A stretch of DNA of 64,000 bases from a virus, in the IMG/VR virus record IMGVR_UViG_2786546475_000019, positions 974 to 64,973 of that record; one strand, given 5' to 3'. The notes under the pieces were generated by a model that saw only the letters and a list, made by a program, of their open reading frames with translations, did no database searches and was not told the DNA's origin. Position 1 is the first letter of the stretch; each line of letters opens with the position of its first letter. A program made the position numbers and the translations under genes. Positions 19,977 to 30,530 of this stretch are shown one piece after another.

Positions 19977-20463
19977 GATCGATTTGAAAAATGCTACCAT
20001 CAAGTTTCTTGACGGTACTGCTGTGACTCCACAAGAGTTGGAGTTGAAAGTTGATGATGGAAACATTACGTTCCAAAGTCAACGTGAAATTGAATACGTC
20101 CTTAATCGAGGCAAACTTGATTCAACGCGAGAAGGGGACGAAGTCCCAATGTCCGTAAGTATCAACTTGCGATGGGACGAAATTCGAGCCTCAACCGCTG
20201 ATTCTCATATGTCACCATATGAGTTTATCACTGGAGAGAATAAAGGATCAGCTGTTGTTTCAACAGGAGCTGATTGTGAACCGCTTGCCATTGATATCCA
20301 AGTTGTCTTGGGCCTCGACGCTTGTAGCGGTTCAAATGTTGAAGACGAAACAATCGTCTTTACTCAATTCCGTTACGAGTCTATTGACGGCGATGCATCT
20401 AACGGCACGTTGTCCGTGCAAGGACGATGCAATGCTAAACACCCAACTTCAACACGAGGGTAA
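19954..20463 (+). CDS. tail protein candidate (position suits a major tail protein)
   Basis: 169 aa. Confidence 0.4.
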   Translation: MSMARSPKIDLKNATIKFLDGTAVTPQELELKVDDGNITFQSQREIEYVLNRGKLDSTREGDEVPMSVSINLRWDEIRASTADSHMSPYEFITGENKGSAVVSTGADCEPLAIDIQVVLGLDACSGSNVEDETIVFTQFRYESIDGDASNGTLSVQGRCNAKHPTSTRG

Positions 20464-21054
20464 TTGATGAAAATCAAGGGAACCAAACTTGGACCAGTGG
20501 GACGTCACCCTATCACTTTGTTTTTTACGGATAAAAAACTTGTGGTATGGGTGAAGCCCATTTCTGATGAAAGTGAACTACACGCAGTCTATCCAGCTCC
20601 TCAACCTCCAACTGTTACAAAACGAGGGCAGGAGCCAGTTCAGGATTTCAAAGATCCACGCTACTTGGAAGCTGCGAAAAAATATAATGAAATTCATACT
20701 ACTTGGATGCTTTGGCATTCTTTGGTAAATGCCACTTTGGACGAAGCCGGAGAGCAGCCAGCAGGTATTGAATTTGAAACTATCAAGTTGGAAGAACCTG
20801 AAACTCTTCTCAACATTGATAAAGAATTGCACGAAGTAATGACTAGCTTGACGGTCATGAAAGTGTTCAATGATATTATGCGAGCTAATGCACCTTCTGA
20901 AAAGACTTTTGATGAATCTCTTGAAGCTTTTCAACTAGCTCGTCAAGCGGGCGGACAGTCTTCATTCCTGAAGGACGAACCGGAGACTACGGAGCTTGGC
21001 GAGCGTGCGAGCGAGCGGGAATCGGATTCCCCGGAATTGGCGGAAAGTCAGTAA
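20464..21054 (+). CDS. tail assembly protein candidate (acidic C-terminus)
   Basis: 196 aa. Confidence 0.4.
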   Translation: MMKIKGTKLGPVGRHPITLFFTDKKLVVWVKPISDESELHAVYPAPQPPTVTKRGQEPVQDFKDPRYLEAAKKYNEIHTTWMLWHSLVNATLDEAGEQPAGIEFETIKLEEPETLLNIDKELHEVMTSLTVMKVFNDIMRANAPSEKTFDESLEAFQLARQAGGQSSFLKDEPETTELGERASERESDSPELAESQ

Positions 21055-21135
21055 ATTGGGACGATCTTACTTGCTGGGAGCAGGAAAGATTATTAGCTTA
21101 CGATTTAGTCCGAGCAAAAGACGAGCAATTGAAAG

Positions 21136-21633
21136 ATGCTGAATTTCTCAAAAAACTTGCCCAGCTTACGATTAGATCGAAGTTTAGCTAATAAGACTTT
21201 TCGACGAGTTGCCGCCCAAGTTTGGAGAGAGTCTGCACGGGAATGGTTAAGGAGTATCATTGAAAACGTTCCAGTGGAGACTGGAATGGCCCGTGCGACT
21301 CTCATCCCTTTGGGTGAGTATTTGAATAATGTTGGAGGATTATCATTTTCAGCTACGCGACGACCTTACTACTCTAAACTAGAAGGTGGCGTTCAAAGCA
21401 TTGACTTAGGTATTGACTACACTGAATTTGAAATAGATGATGACGCATTAGACGGAACATTAAAGTTAATTTGGAACCCTCACACAATTCACTATTGGGT
21501 CGCGGGCTACTACAAAGGTAACGCAACTCCAGGTCCAGAGCTTCTTGATAACGCTGAATCTGTTTTCGAAGAAGCGTTTCAGACAAGAATGGACAAACGA
21601 CTTCCTGCTGCTCTTGACGAACTCATTAAGTAA
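21136..21633 (+). CDS. tail protein candidate
   Basis: 165 aa, immediately upstream of the tape-measure gene. Confidence 0.4.
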   Translation: MLNFSKNLPSLRLDRSLANKTFRRVAAQVWRESAREWLRSIIENVPVETGMARATLIPLGEYLNNVGGLSFSATRRPYYSKLEGGVQSIDLGIDYTEFEIDDDALDGTLKLIWNPHTIHYWVAGYYKGNATPGPELLDNAESVFEEAFQTRMDKRLPAALDELIK

Positions 21634-21641
21634 GGATTGCA

Positions 21642-24600
21642 ATGGCCAAGCAATACGATATTGATACCCAACCTGCGATTAAAAGTCTCGCTGATTTAAC
21701 ATCAATGGTAGGGAAGCTGACTAAAAAGTCAGAAACTTATAATGATAGGCAACGTACCGCGAACCGAGCACTTAAAACTGCTGGGGATCGCCTTGTTACG
21801 TTTAAAGATAATGTCAAGCACGCTGCTTCCGGTGTTCGATCTTTGAACACGGCTCTTGACAAAATGGACACAACCAATGATAATTTCAACAAATTAAATA
21901 CGGCTGCTGGTGTTTTAGGCCGAAGACTAGATAGCTTAGAGACTAAAGCCGGAACTACTATCATTCGGTTGGGGGAATTACGCACAGCCGCAGGTCGAGC
22001 AGCAGGGGCTTTGGAGCGTGAAAAGAAAATCATTGGAGAGTTAAACAGCTCTCTAAGTCAAATGAACCAACGCTTCAAGCGTATGGTTCAAATCTTTGAT
22101 GATAAGAACCAAAAGTTGAATCTGCAACAAAGGGCAATGCTGGCAGACGCTAGAGCCATGGGCCAAGGTACTAAGTCTGCTAACCTGCTCTCTCGTACTT
22201 TGCGACGATTGAGAGATATTGTCGGAACGTTCGCAGGATATGGAGCTTTGTTCCTTATCACTAACGAGCTACGTCAATCCATTGGTTCCGCAAAAGAATA
22301 CGCTAAAGCCATTTCCGAGATTAGAACAATCTCGGACCGAGCTGCAGTCTCCAGTCAAGAGTGGACCAATAAGCTTTTAGAACAGTCTAATGCGTATGGC
22401 TTTACGTTTCTGGATCAAGCCGAAGCTGCGTATCAATCTCTTTCGAATCAGGTCACCAACGCTGGTGATACTTTTGCTTTCTTGCGGTCAGAAGCTGCTT
22501 TGTCTATGGTAGCAGTTTCTTCGTTGGAAGCTGCAACTAACTCAACAACTGCTACATTGAACGCGTTTGGAGACTCGGCAGGAGCTGCTAGTCGCGTGAA
22601 CGCAATTCTGTTTAAGACGGTTGAAGAAGGTCGTATCCGCTTGGAAGACATGGCGAATACAATTGGTCGTGTTTCGATTCTATCATCCCAACTTAACATT
22701 AGCTTTACGGAACAACAAGCTGCTTTGACTCAACTAACAAAGCTTGGTGTACGGACCGAAGAAGCTATGACATTGTTGCGTAACGTCGAACTTAAATTGT
22801 TGAAGCCGTCGGAACGAATGTCTGAGCTGTTCAAAGAGTGGGGCTTTACCTCAGGTCAAGCAGCAGTTGAGACGTTAGGATTGGCTGGCGTCATGGAGAA
22901 GTTTGTCGAAACTGCTAAACAAAATGGCGACGTAGCCGCAGAGCTGGGTGATATTTTCAATCGCTTGAGGGCTATTGTCGGTGTCGCTGGTTTGACTCAA
23001 GCCTCATTAACTGAGGAAATGGAGAAGTTTGAGAACGCGTCGGAAAGTGCTTTAGGTGCTTTCTTGGAGCGAATTAACTCAATTGATACTAGAGCTAATC
23101 GCCAAATTCAACAGTTTAAGAATACGTTTGTTTCGGAGTTTGGGGCTCCTATTCTTAAAGTTCTTGTTGAGACCGCCGAAGGTATGGGCGGCATGGAAGC
23201 TGCAACAATTCAATTGATTCGCAACTTGAAACAGCTAGTGACAATTGGCGGAACTGTAGCCACGGCCCTTGGCGTCTTGGCCACAGGTCGTGGAGTTTAC
23301 GCCCAAGTTACGTACTGGACTAACCAGTACCGGATTGCCACTCTAGCAAATACAGCGGCTTTGTCGGCGGAACAAGTGGCATTAGTTCAAGCGTCAAGGG
23401 CTCGGATTGCCTACGCTTTGACTTCGCTAGGTGTGGCGGGGGGCGTAGCGTTAATTGCATATCAAATATATCAAGCCACTCAAGCTCACGAAGACTACGC
23501 GTCAAGTGTAAGACAAGCTGCTGCTGAGTTCCGTAACAACTTTGGACCGGACGGGCTTAAAGCTTATGAAACGCTTAATGTCGAAATCAACAACACTACC
23601 GAAGCAGCTCTAAAGCAAACACGAGCAATGCGTAGGGCCTTTGGAGAAAGTGCCGCCGCTATTACTCGCAACTTGAACGCGTTAGAAGCGGCAAATGATA
23701 GTACCATTAACGCACTAGACGAATCTATCTCCGCCTACGTTGATAAGATGGAGTCTAAGTTCCAGAAGATTCTTCGGGAAAGTGCCAAGATTTCAGCCAA
23801 GCTAGCTAATAATATTGCTCAAGGTACAGCGGCCACACAACAAGTTGATCTTAGCTTACGTGTGCGTCGACAAGTATCTAATATCAACCAAGGTGCTGAC
23901 CCTTTAATGGGGTACAAAAAGCTGTTCAAGCAGCTTGAGGCTGAGGCTTTTGCAGCTCTTGATAAAGGAGATAAACAACGAGCAGATAATCTGTTTGCAG
24001 AAGTTGACAAGCTAGTTTCTGAGTATCGCAAACGATACACTAATATTAAAGCTCCGACGCTCCCTATTCCAACTATTCCTGCGAACGCTACGCCGATGAT
24101 GCGTAGGCGATATCGAGGATACATTGAAAACATCAAAAAGCAAAATGCTGAGATTAAGAAAGCAACTGCTGATGATAAAGCGGAACTTAACCGAAAATTT
24201 GAAGAAGGTCAAATTAAGTTTTATCAACGACGTAATGATAAAATCAAAGAATACATTGAACTTCTTAAGAAACAAAAAGCTGCCGAGGATAAAGCTCGTG
24301 AAGTAATGACTCAAAAGTTTAAAACTTTTGAAAATATTTTCGAACAAGTTGATGAAGCTAAGACGGGAGACGAAGTTCGATCTCTTACTAATAAATTCAA
24401 AACAGCTTCCGCTGGTGTTCTGGACCCAACGGAACGTCTTAAGTTTATTCGGGACTTGAACCAGAAAGCCCTCGCTTTAGACGAGAAAGCAGAGATTGAG
24501 CGTAAACGAGTTCTGGTTGCACGGGCCAAAGAAACCCAAGAGGCGTACTTAAAGACTCGCGACGAATTGATAAAACGTCAAGAAGAAGCTCGACGTAAGC

Positions 24601-25241
24601 TCAATGAGTCCTTGACTATTAACTTAACAGACGGGGAGTTTGCAGATCGGTTTGCTAATAAAGATAAAGCGTTACAAACCATAATTAAAGACGCCCAAAA
24701 ACAAATTAGGCGATCCAAAGCTAGGTTAACTCCGGGTTGGCTTGTAAAGGAAGACAGCATTAGAGCGGAGAAGTTGACTCTGCGAGAAGCTGAACAGACT
24801 TTAAAAAGGGCTATGGCTCAACAAAAAACTCTTAAAGATCTTTATCGCCAAGTTAAGGACTTTAACCTCAAGCCTACTGATAAAAAAGCCGAAGCTTTGA
24901 TGGATACTTTAGGTAACCTTCCAGGTTTCGAAAAGTTTACTAATAAGATTGGGCAAGCAGCTGATGAAGTGAACCGGTTACGTAACCTTTCGCTCCAACC
25001 ATTTGATTTGAAAATTGACGCTGACGCCAGTTTGGAAACAATTCGAAAATTGCAGAAAAATATAGACATGTTGCGAGAAGGGTTGGAGTTGACACCAATT
25101 AATTTTGCTCCGCTTCAACAACCTACTACTCAAAACAACATTACGTTCAACGTATCTCCGGGCCAAGGACCAGATGCTTTGGTGGCGGACGTTACTGATA
25201 AAATTTACGATGCCTTTAGACGAGGATTGATAAACGTATGA
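21642..25241 (+). CDS. tail tape measure protein
   Basis: 1199 aa, largely alpha-helical and coiled-coil-like, with a Gly-rich hydrophobic segment near residue 520-600. Confidence 0.6.
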   Translation: MAKQYDIDTQPAIKSLADLTSMVGKLTKKSETYNDRQRTANRALKTAGDRLVTFKDNVKHAASGVRSLNTALDKMDTTNDNFNKLNTAAGVLGRRLDSLETKAGTTIIRLGELRTAAGRAAGALEREKKIIGELNSSLSQMNQRFKRMVQIFDDKNQKLNLQQRAMLADARAMGQGTKSANLLSRTLRRLRDIVGTFAGYGALFLITNELRQSIGSAKEYAKAISEIRTISDRAAVSSQEWTNKLLEQSNAYGFTFLDQAEAAYQSLSNQVTNAGDTFAFLRSEAALSMVAVSSLEAATNSTTATLNAFGDSAGAASRVNAILFKTVEEGRIRLEDMANTIGRVSILSSQLNISFTEQQAALTQLTKLGVRTEEAMTLLRNVELKLLKPSERMSELFKEWGFTSGQAAVETLGLAGVMEKFVETAKQNGDVAAELGDIFNRLRAIVGVAGLTQASLTEEMEKFENASESALGAFLERINSIDTRANRQIQQFKNTFVSEFGAPILKVLVETAEGMGGMEAATIQLIRNLKQLVTIGGTVATALGVLATGRGVYAQVTYWTNQYRIATLANTAALSAEQVALVQASRARIAYALTSLGVAGGVALIAYQIYQATQAHEDYASSVRQAAAEFRNNFGPDGLKAYETLNVEINNTTEAALKQTRAMRRAFGESAAAITRNLNALEAANDSTINALDESISAYVDKMESKFQKILRESAKISAKLANNIAQGTAATQQVDLSLRVRRQVSNINQGADPLMGYKKLFKQLEAEAFAALDKGDKQRADNLFAEVDKLVSEYRKRYTNIKAPTLPIPTIPANATPMMRRRYRGYIENIKKQNAEIKKATADDKAELNRKFEEGQIKFYQRRNDKIKEYIELLKKQKAAEDKAREVMTQKFKTFENIFEQVDEAKTGDEVRSLTNKFKTASAGVLDPTERLKFIRDLNQKALALDEKAEIERKRVLVARAKETQEAYLKTRDELIKRQEEARRKLNESLTINLTDGEFADRFANKDKALQTIIKDAQKQIRRSKARLTPGWLVKEDSIRAEKLTLREAEQTLKRAMAQQKTLKDLYRQVKDFNLKPTDKKAEALMDTLGNLPGFEKFTNKIGQAADEVNRLRNLSLQPFDLKIDADASLETIRKLQKNIDMLREGLELTPINFAPLQQPTTQNNITFNVSPGQGPDALVADVTDKIYDAFRRGLINV

Positions 25242-25564
25242 TATTTGCCTTGGAAACTATCACGGATCTTTATGGTCACTTGTTGTCCGCCCCAATGTTG
25301 TGCGGATTGATTACAGAGGAATTACCGACCTCATCAGATTCATGGGCCCTGAAGCCTTGGACTGCATCACAAGAGAAATCAATAGACGGTTCAGTCGTAG
25401 ACGATAAAATTATTTTTGATGATGTGTCGTTTACCTTGGAGTCTAACATCAAGGGCTTCTATATTCGTCATGCGTCTCGTTTGATATTTACAGACACTTT
25501 GGACCTTGGTTCAGAAACTGAATTTACCGTGTCGCCCCAATTCTCAATTATCAACGTGAGCTAA
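25238..25564 (+). CDS. distal tail protein candidate
   Basis: 108 aa. Confidence 0.35.
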   Translation: MIFALETITDLYGHLLSAPMLCGLITEELPTSSDSWALKPWTASQEKSIDGSVVDDKIIFDDVSFTLESNIKGFYIRHASRLIFTDTLDLGSETEFTVSPQFSIINVS

Positions 25565-25567
25565 CTC

Positions 25568-25921
25568 ATGTCTTGCCTAACTGAACGAGCAAACGATGTA
25601 TTGTTTGGAGCAACATCTGTTCGCAAACCTGAGTTTAATAATCAAAATCAATATGATAAAATGGTGGACGAGTACCGTACTCCAAACGGTCCCACCATTT
25701 TTATTGACCAAGATTGTTTAGAAGATAAACACGATCTTAGATTCCACCAACAAGATTGGACCACGATCTTTGAATTTTGGCTAGCAAACAAAGGCATCAT
25801 TTTTACGTACACTGACCATCACGATATTGAACACAATGCTTTGTTTCGGCGAGGTCCCCGTATCGTAGAGAAGCACGACGATTGTACGTACAACGTTCAA
25901 GTGGAGTTGCAGTATGTTTAG
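25568..25921 (+). CDS. hypothetical tail protein
   Basis: 117 aa. Confidence 0.35.
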   Translation: MSCLTERANDVLFGATSVRKPEFNNQNQYDKMVDEYRTPNGPTIFIDQDCLEDKHDLRFHQQDWTTIFEFWLANKGIIFTYTDHHDIEHNALFRRGPRIVEKHDDCTYNVQVELQYV

Positions 25922-26231
25922 TATTGATGGAATTGACGTTCCGATGCCAAAACGAGGGAACTCGTTTGAAGATACAACGCAAATTATCATCCAGCAAACT
26001 GAGGATGATAGTGTCCACACGCAAATCAAAGATGGTGAAATTATTCGCCAGATGCAGTGTGAAGTTCCAAATGATGTTTACGACCAAATAAAAACTAAGA
26101 GAGGCACAGAAGTAGCTTTAATCTTTGACGACTATTCGGAAAATGTCACAATGATGTTTGACGCATCCCCTAACTTCCAACGCACTCTTTGGAATGTGAG
26201 TTTTACTTTCTATGAGAAATATAGCAGTTAA
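25914..26231 (+). CDS. hypothetical tail protein
   Basis: 105 aa. Confidence 0.35.
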   Translation: MFSIDGIDVPMPKRGNSFEDTTQIIIQQTEDDSVHTQIKDGEIIRQMQCEVPNDVYDQIKTKRGTEVALIFDDYSENVTMMFDASPNFQRTLWNVSFTFYEKYSS

Positions 26232-28899
26232 CCAATACGGCCATTCTTCAAAGATTGAAATTGATTTGAATGGCATGTTATACGAACCTCTTAAAATTGG
26301 TACACTGTCTCAAACCAGTGTAAACGCCACCCGTGATGTTGCAACTATTGAAGTTGTACTTCACGGTACTATTGATATTGCTTTTGAAGCTCCGTGTGCT
26401 GTAAAGTATAACGGAGAAATTTTATTTAAGGGCATTGTTGATACTCCGATTCGGCAAGAACGAGGCGTAACCAAATTCCGAGTTATTCAACAAGTGGAAG
26501 CAGAGGAAGTTGGCTTTGCTCCAGAAGAAAGTGAACTTGACTTGATAAATGAGTTCACTCCGTGGCCTATGGGTTTCGGAAGTCCGGTATACGCTAAGAC
26601 CGTCAAGGTCCGTAAACAACCTACAACCAGCACTGAGACTAACATCTGTTTGATAAATCTTGAGCTAGTTGAACGACGCGACCAGCTTCTAGACGCAATA
26701 AATCGTGGGTTATTTATCATTAACTATTGGCGAACTGCTGCGGATAAGCAAGTCAATCCTAATGCTGAAACAACATTAAACCAATACATTGCAGTTCTCA
26801 CTACAGGAGAAGCTCAAAATATCCTCTGGGCTGAAGCTCGTAATTTGCTTCAACAACGTCAAGATGATCTGAACAAACATCCAAACGACATTGATACGCT
26901 AACTGAATTTTACAATCAGCAAGATGAAGTAGCTTCTTTAAGTGATACTATTAACGCTTTGCTTCAAAGCAAAGTAACGCTAGAGGACCATATACAGTTC
27001 CTACGCTTCATGGCTCGTATGAAGCGATATGCAGTTGATAACATGCTTAAGATTTGGAAGCAGCTTCGCATATGGACTTACGAGTATTTTGAGCTTGCGT
27101 TACAAATCTGTGAACAAGAACGGTGTGCTCAACCTGTTCATTACGTTGAAGACTCTAGGGACTTTCCTCAGAACACTGATGTTGATGTTCGGATCAATGA
27201 CTTCATTTTTACTGTCCAGTTCGACGGTAAAAAGATGACAGGTATCAGTGGCCCGAACCCTGAACAAGAGAACCTAACAGTTAGCCCACATCGAGAGGAC
27301 GATGCTCCGTGTTCCGAGTACGAGTTTTTCAACGGTGTCAACGTATTTTACACTCCCGCTATCGGCCTAGAAAATACTTGGTGTTTGGTCAAAGACACCA
27401 GCGACAATTATCACGTTATCTACGTCGAGAAGCAAGAAGATGATAAGTGCACGTTTCGAGTTGTTCCATGGTCCGGGGAGCGTTTTAAACAAGCACAGTC
27501 TCAATCTCTTGAAGCGGCAACTTTACAGTTAGCCGACGCTCCAATTTATGATATTTTAAGAGACGGAGTAAACTCGTCTCTTTACCAAAGTCAAGCGTTT
27601 AATCCTAATACATGGCTTGACCGTAAATCAGCTGACTACATTCAAGCTATCGCTCCGTTGTCAAATCCCGGACCAGACGTTCGTCGAAACATTGCTATGC
27701 TGGTCCACTTAAAGAAGTTTGATAACCTTAACGGTTTAGTGATTCCGGACCCTCAGCCTAGGGACATTTACACTATCATTGGGGAAGATATTGCTAGCAT
27801 TGAGCAAGTAGCCTCCCGTCCGTTACCTTCTTGGTATGACTATAATTTGATACCAGAAGAACTTCCTGAATTAGAAAACTGGGAAGCTCCTCCCGGCACC
27901 GAAGTCACAATGGACACTTGTGAAATTTACGCCATTAACACAATTCAATCTCAAGTTCATGGAGTTTATGCTTATTTCACGGATCGAGATAAGAAAAGTT
28001 TACGGGCCCTTCCTGAAAGTTATTATGAGATTGAGACAGAGGACTTAGGCACGTTACGTCCAACTCTTTTAAAGCTTCGGCGACCTTTGCCAAGTAATTG
28101 GGATAAAGAGATTTACGCCACCTACACGTCCAAAGTTGGACCAAACGTGGCAGATATCTTACGATACATTATCAATAAGTACACTGATAAAACACCAAAT
28201 TCGTCTTTTGATACTGTCAAAGAGTACCTCGTAAACTACCCTGCTAACTTTGTAGTGTATGATCGTCCTGACGCTCTTTCGCTGATAAATCGTATTTGTC
28301 GCGAAGCTCGCTGTGCGGTCACGTTAAGAGACGACCAGTTCCACTTGACTTACCTTTCCCGAGTTCCAGGCTCTGACGGCATTGGATTCACTTCTAGCAC
28401 TGTGTTGAAGAAATCACGCTCAGTAAGAGTTTCTAAAGTTGAAGATATTATCACTCGGTACAATGTTACGTGGACGCCGAACGGACTGCCCATTGAACCT
28501 GAGAAGCTTGTCTTGCGACATAATGTTGGCAAGTACGGGTTAAAAGATAATGACTACGATTTCCTGATTTATGACCAGTATGACTTGGTGCATAAAACAA
28601 TTAACTTCTGGTTGATTCGCAACTCAGAAATTTATCAATTTTGGAAAGGCAATTTAACAATTGGTGGCATCAACTATCAATTGCTTGATGAGCTGTCTAA
28701 TGGCGTTGGAACGGGTAGAGTACAGTCTTGGGAATACGCTCATGATACTCGGACCGTTACTGTTGAAGTAAACACTGGAATTCCTTACAACGAAGACGCG
28801 GTAAATCAATATTACTGGCCGTCTCAAATTGATGCTGAACTTATCTGGCCAAATGAAGCTGACACCACTGGAGTAACAGGAACAATCGAATGCCCGTAG
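26212..28899 (+). CDS. large tail tip / baseplate hub protein candidate
   Basis: 895 aa, downstream of the tape-measure gene. Confidence 0.45.
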   Translation: MRNIAVNQYGHSSKIEIDLNGMLYEPLKIGTLSQTSVNATRDVATIEVVLHGTIDIAFEAPCAVKYNGEILFKGIVDTPIRQERGVTKFRVIQQVEAEEVGFAPEESELDLINEFTPWPMGFGSPVYAKTVKVRKQPTTSTETNICLINLELVERRDQLLDAINRGLFIINYWRTAADKQVNPNAETTLNQYIAVLTTGEAQNILWAEARNLLQQRQDDLNKHPNDIDTLTEFYNQQDEVASLSDTINALLQSKVTLEDHIQFLRFMARMKRYAVDNMLKIWKQLRIWTYEYFELALQICEQERCAQPVHYVEDSRDFPQNTDVDVRINDFIFTVQFDGKKMTGISGPNPEQENLTVSPHREDDAPCSEYEFFNGVNVFYTPAIGLENTWCLVKDTSDNYHVIYVEKQEDDKCTFRVVPWSGERFKQAQSQSLEAATLQLADAPIYDILRDGVNSSLYQSQAFNPNTWLDRKSADYIQAIAPLSNPGPDVRRNIAMLVHLKKFDNLNGLVIPDPQPRDIYTIIGEDIASIEQVASRPLPSWYDYNLIPEELPELENWEAPPGTEVTMDTCEIYAINTIQSQVHGVYAYFTDRDKKSLRALPESYYEIETEDLGTLRPTLLKLRRPLPSNWDKEIYATYTSKVGPNVADILRYIINKYTDKTPNSSFDTVKEYLVNYPANFVVYDRPDALSLINRICREARCAVTLRDDQFHLTYLSRVPGSDGIGFTSSTVLKKSRSVRVSKVEDIITRYNVTWTPNGLPIEPEKLVLRHNVGKYGLKDNDYDFLIYDQYDLVHKTINFWLIRNSEIYQFWKGNLTIGGINYQLLDELSNGVGTGRVQSWEYAHDTRTVTVEVNTGIPYNEDAVNQYYWPSQIDAELIWPNEADTTGVTGTIECP

Positions 28900-29705
28900 A
28901 AGACCGTAAACCTAGTGACCTGTCTGATGAATTTCCTGAACGAATTTTTCCAAATTTAAAACCGCCTGGAACTATTCGAACTGAACGAATAGGTCTCCCA
29001 AAACAAGACGCGTTCTACAACGACACTACCGAAGATCCGTACACAGATGATAGGTTGTTGTCGGAAGTTGGGGTCGTTGTTAAAAAGAACAGTAATGCCG
29101 TTTACGTAGTCCATACTCAAAATGGCGTTCAACGTACTTCGTTAGCTTTGGACCCAAATCGAGAATATCAAATTGGACGGGAAGTAGTTTTACAGCCGCC
29201 CCGATTAGAAGGGGATGACTGGCTTATCATTGGTGAGACTCGTCAACGAGAGAGTGAGTATGTAATTTGGAAAGCTCGCCATAATGGAACGTCCTATGCT
29301 TTCCAAGCTGACCCAATGAAAGAATCCCATTTGGAGCTAGACGGAGCTGACTGGAAACGATTTGCTACGGTCCTTGGCTCAACAATGACGCTACCTCCAG
29401 GTTGGTATGATATTTCAATCAACGTTAAGAGCCTAGGCAGCTCTCTGCTAGTTGTTGATATGACGCAAGTTGGTGGAGATCAAGGAAGCGACTCAGCCCC
29501 AGCTTCATGGACATATGACGTGGAACACAATGGCACGGAGCTTGCTACAGATTACGACCCTGTGAGCGGTAACATTTATAAACGTCCATCTATTGGCCAA
29601 CTAAGTGTAGCAACCAAGGGTATCTGGGCAGCAGGAGCTATTGTTTGGTGTAACGAAGCTTTGGTTGGTGGCGACTGTGACGATCTTGTAGGATGGGAAG
29701 GGTAA
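28890..29705 (+). CDS. tail-associated hypothetical protein
   Basis: 271 aa. Confidence 0.4.
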   Translation: MPVEDRKPSDLSDEFPERIFPNLKPPGTIRTERIGLPKQDAFYNDTTEDPYTDDRLLSEVGVVVKKNSNAVYVVHTQNGVQRTSLALDPNREYQIGREVVLQPPRLEGDDWLIIGETRQRESEYVIWKARHNGTSYAFQADPMKESHLELDGADWKRFATVLGSTMTLPPGWYDISINVKSLGSSLLVVDMTQVGGDQGSDSAPASWTYDVEHNGTELATDYDPVSGNIYKRPSIGQLSVATKGIWAAGAIVWCNEALVGGDCDDLVGWEG

Positions 29706-30379
29706 TGAAGAAGTCAATCGTATTGGTAGCAGTTGGCCCCATGTTCCAATTCTATCAACAGTATACTAAACGCCGCTTTGAAGCTTACGCTGATAAAATA
29801 GGAGCTGAGTTAATAGTCCTAACTGGCATCACTCAAAAGTGGTGGGGTTTAGAGAAATACCGAGTGTCTAAACTTGAACTAACTGGCCCAACAGTTTACA
29901 TTGATGTAGACGTTTTGATTCAAAGTTGGGCTAGAGACATTTTTGAACTTTATCAACCGGGGAAAGTTGGGATTTATGACGACTACCCCGAAGCTAGAGA
30001 AGCTCAACCGGGAAACGACTGGGCTCCCCGTGAATGGTCGGAAATGATGCAGTACCAACACATCGATGACCCTTTTAGGGAGCGACTTTTAAATAGCGGG
30101 GTAGTGCTTTTTGATAAAGAGACCCAACATATTTGGAACCCGCCGCCTTTTCGATTTAAGCCTAGGCATTGTGCGGAACAGTTCTGGATTGATTATCAAG
30201 TCGGTGACAACTGGTTCCCGTTGCCTAGGGAATTCAACCATCAACATTGGACTAAAAGCTTTGCTACCTCGTTTCATAAAAGCGATTTTGTGCACTTGTC
30301 CGCCTGCAAGAATCGAGAATATTGGATCGCTAAATACGAGCACCTTTTAGATAGGAGCCAACCTTATGACAACAATTGA
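29693..30379 (+). CDS. nucleotide-sugar glycosyltransferase-like protein (GT8-like DxD motif)
   Basis: KYRVSKLELTGPTVYIDVDVLI is a DxD-type motif in a Rossmann-like N-terminal half. Confidence 0.4.
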   Translation: MGRVMKKSIVLVAVGPMFQFYQQYTKRRFEAYADKIGAELIVLTGITQKWWGLEKYRVSKLELTGPTVYIDVDVLIQSWARDIFELYQPGKVGIYDDYPEAREAQPGNDWAPREWSEMMQYQHIDDPFRERLLNSGVVLFDKETQHIWNPPPFRFKPRHCAEQFWIDYQVGDNWFPLPREFNHQHWTKSFATSFHKSDFVHLSACKNREYWIAKYEHLLDRSQPYDNN

Positions 30380-30530
30380 TATTTCAGATATGACGTTTGA
30401 AATTAACTCGGATGGAAGCATCTCAATTCGATTCTTTAGCTCTACGACGTTTTCTATCAATTTGCTTGATGGAGTAGACGGCGATGAAGCAGTTGTATCT
30501 GTCACTCGAAAGAAACAAATGGATTAGAAA

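Noticed and set aside
21737-25166. Multiple antisense ORFs inside the tape-measure gene (for example 21737..22033, 23819..24136, 24012..24347)
   Set aside because: They are embedded within and antisense to a 1199-aa continuous ORF in a strictly co-oriented module. They are low-complexity readings of a coiled-coil-coding sequence.
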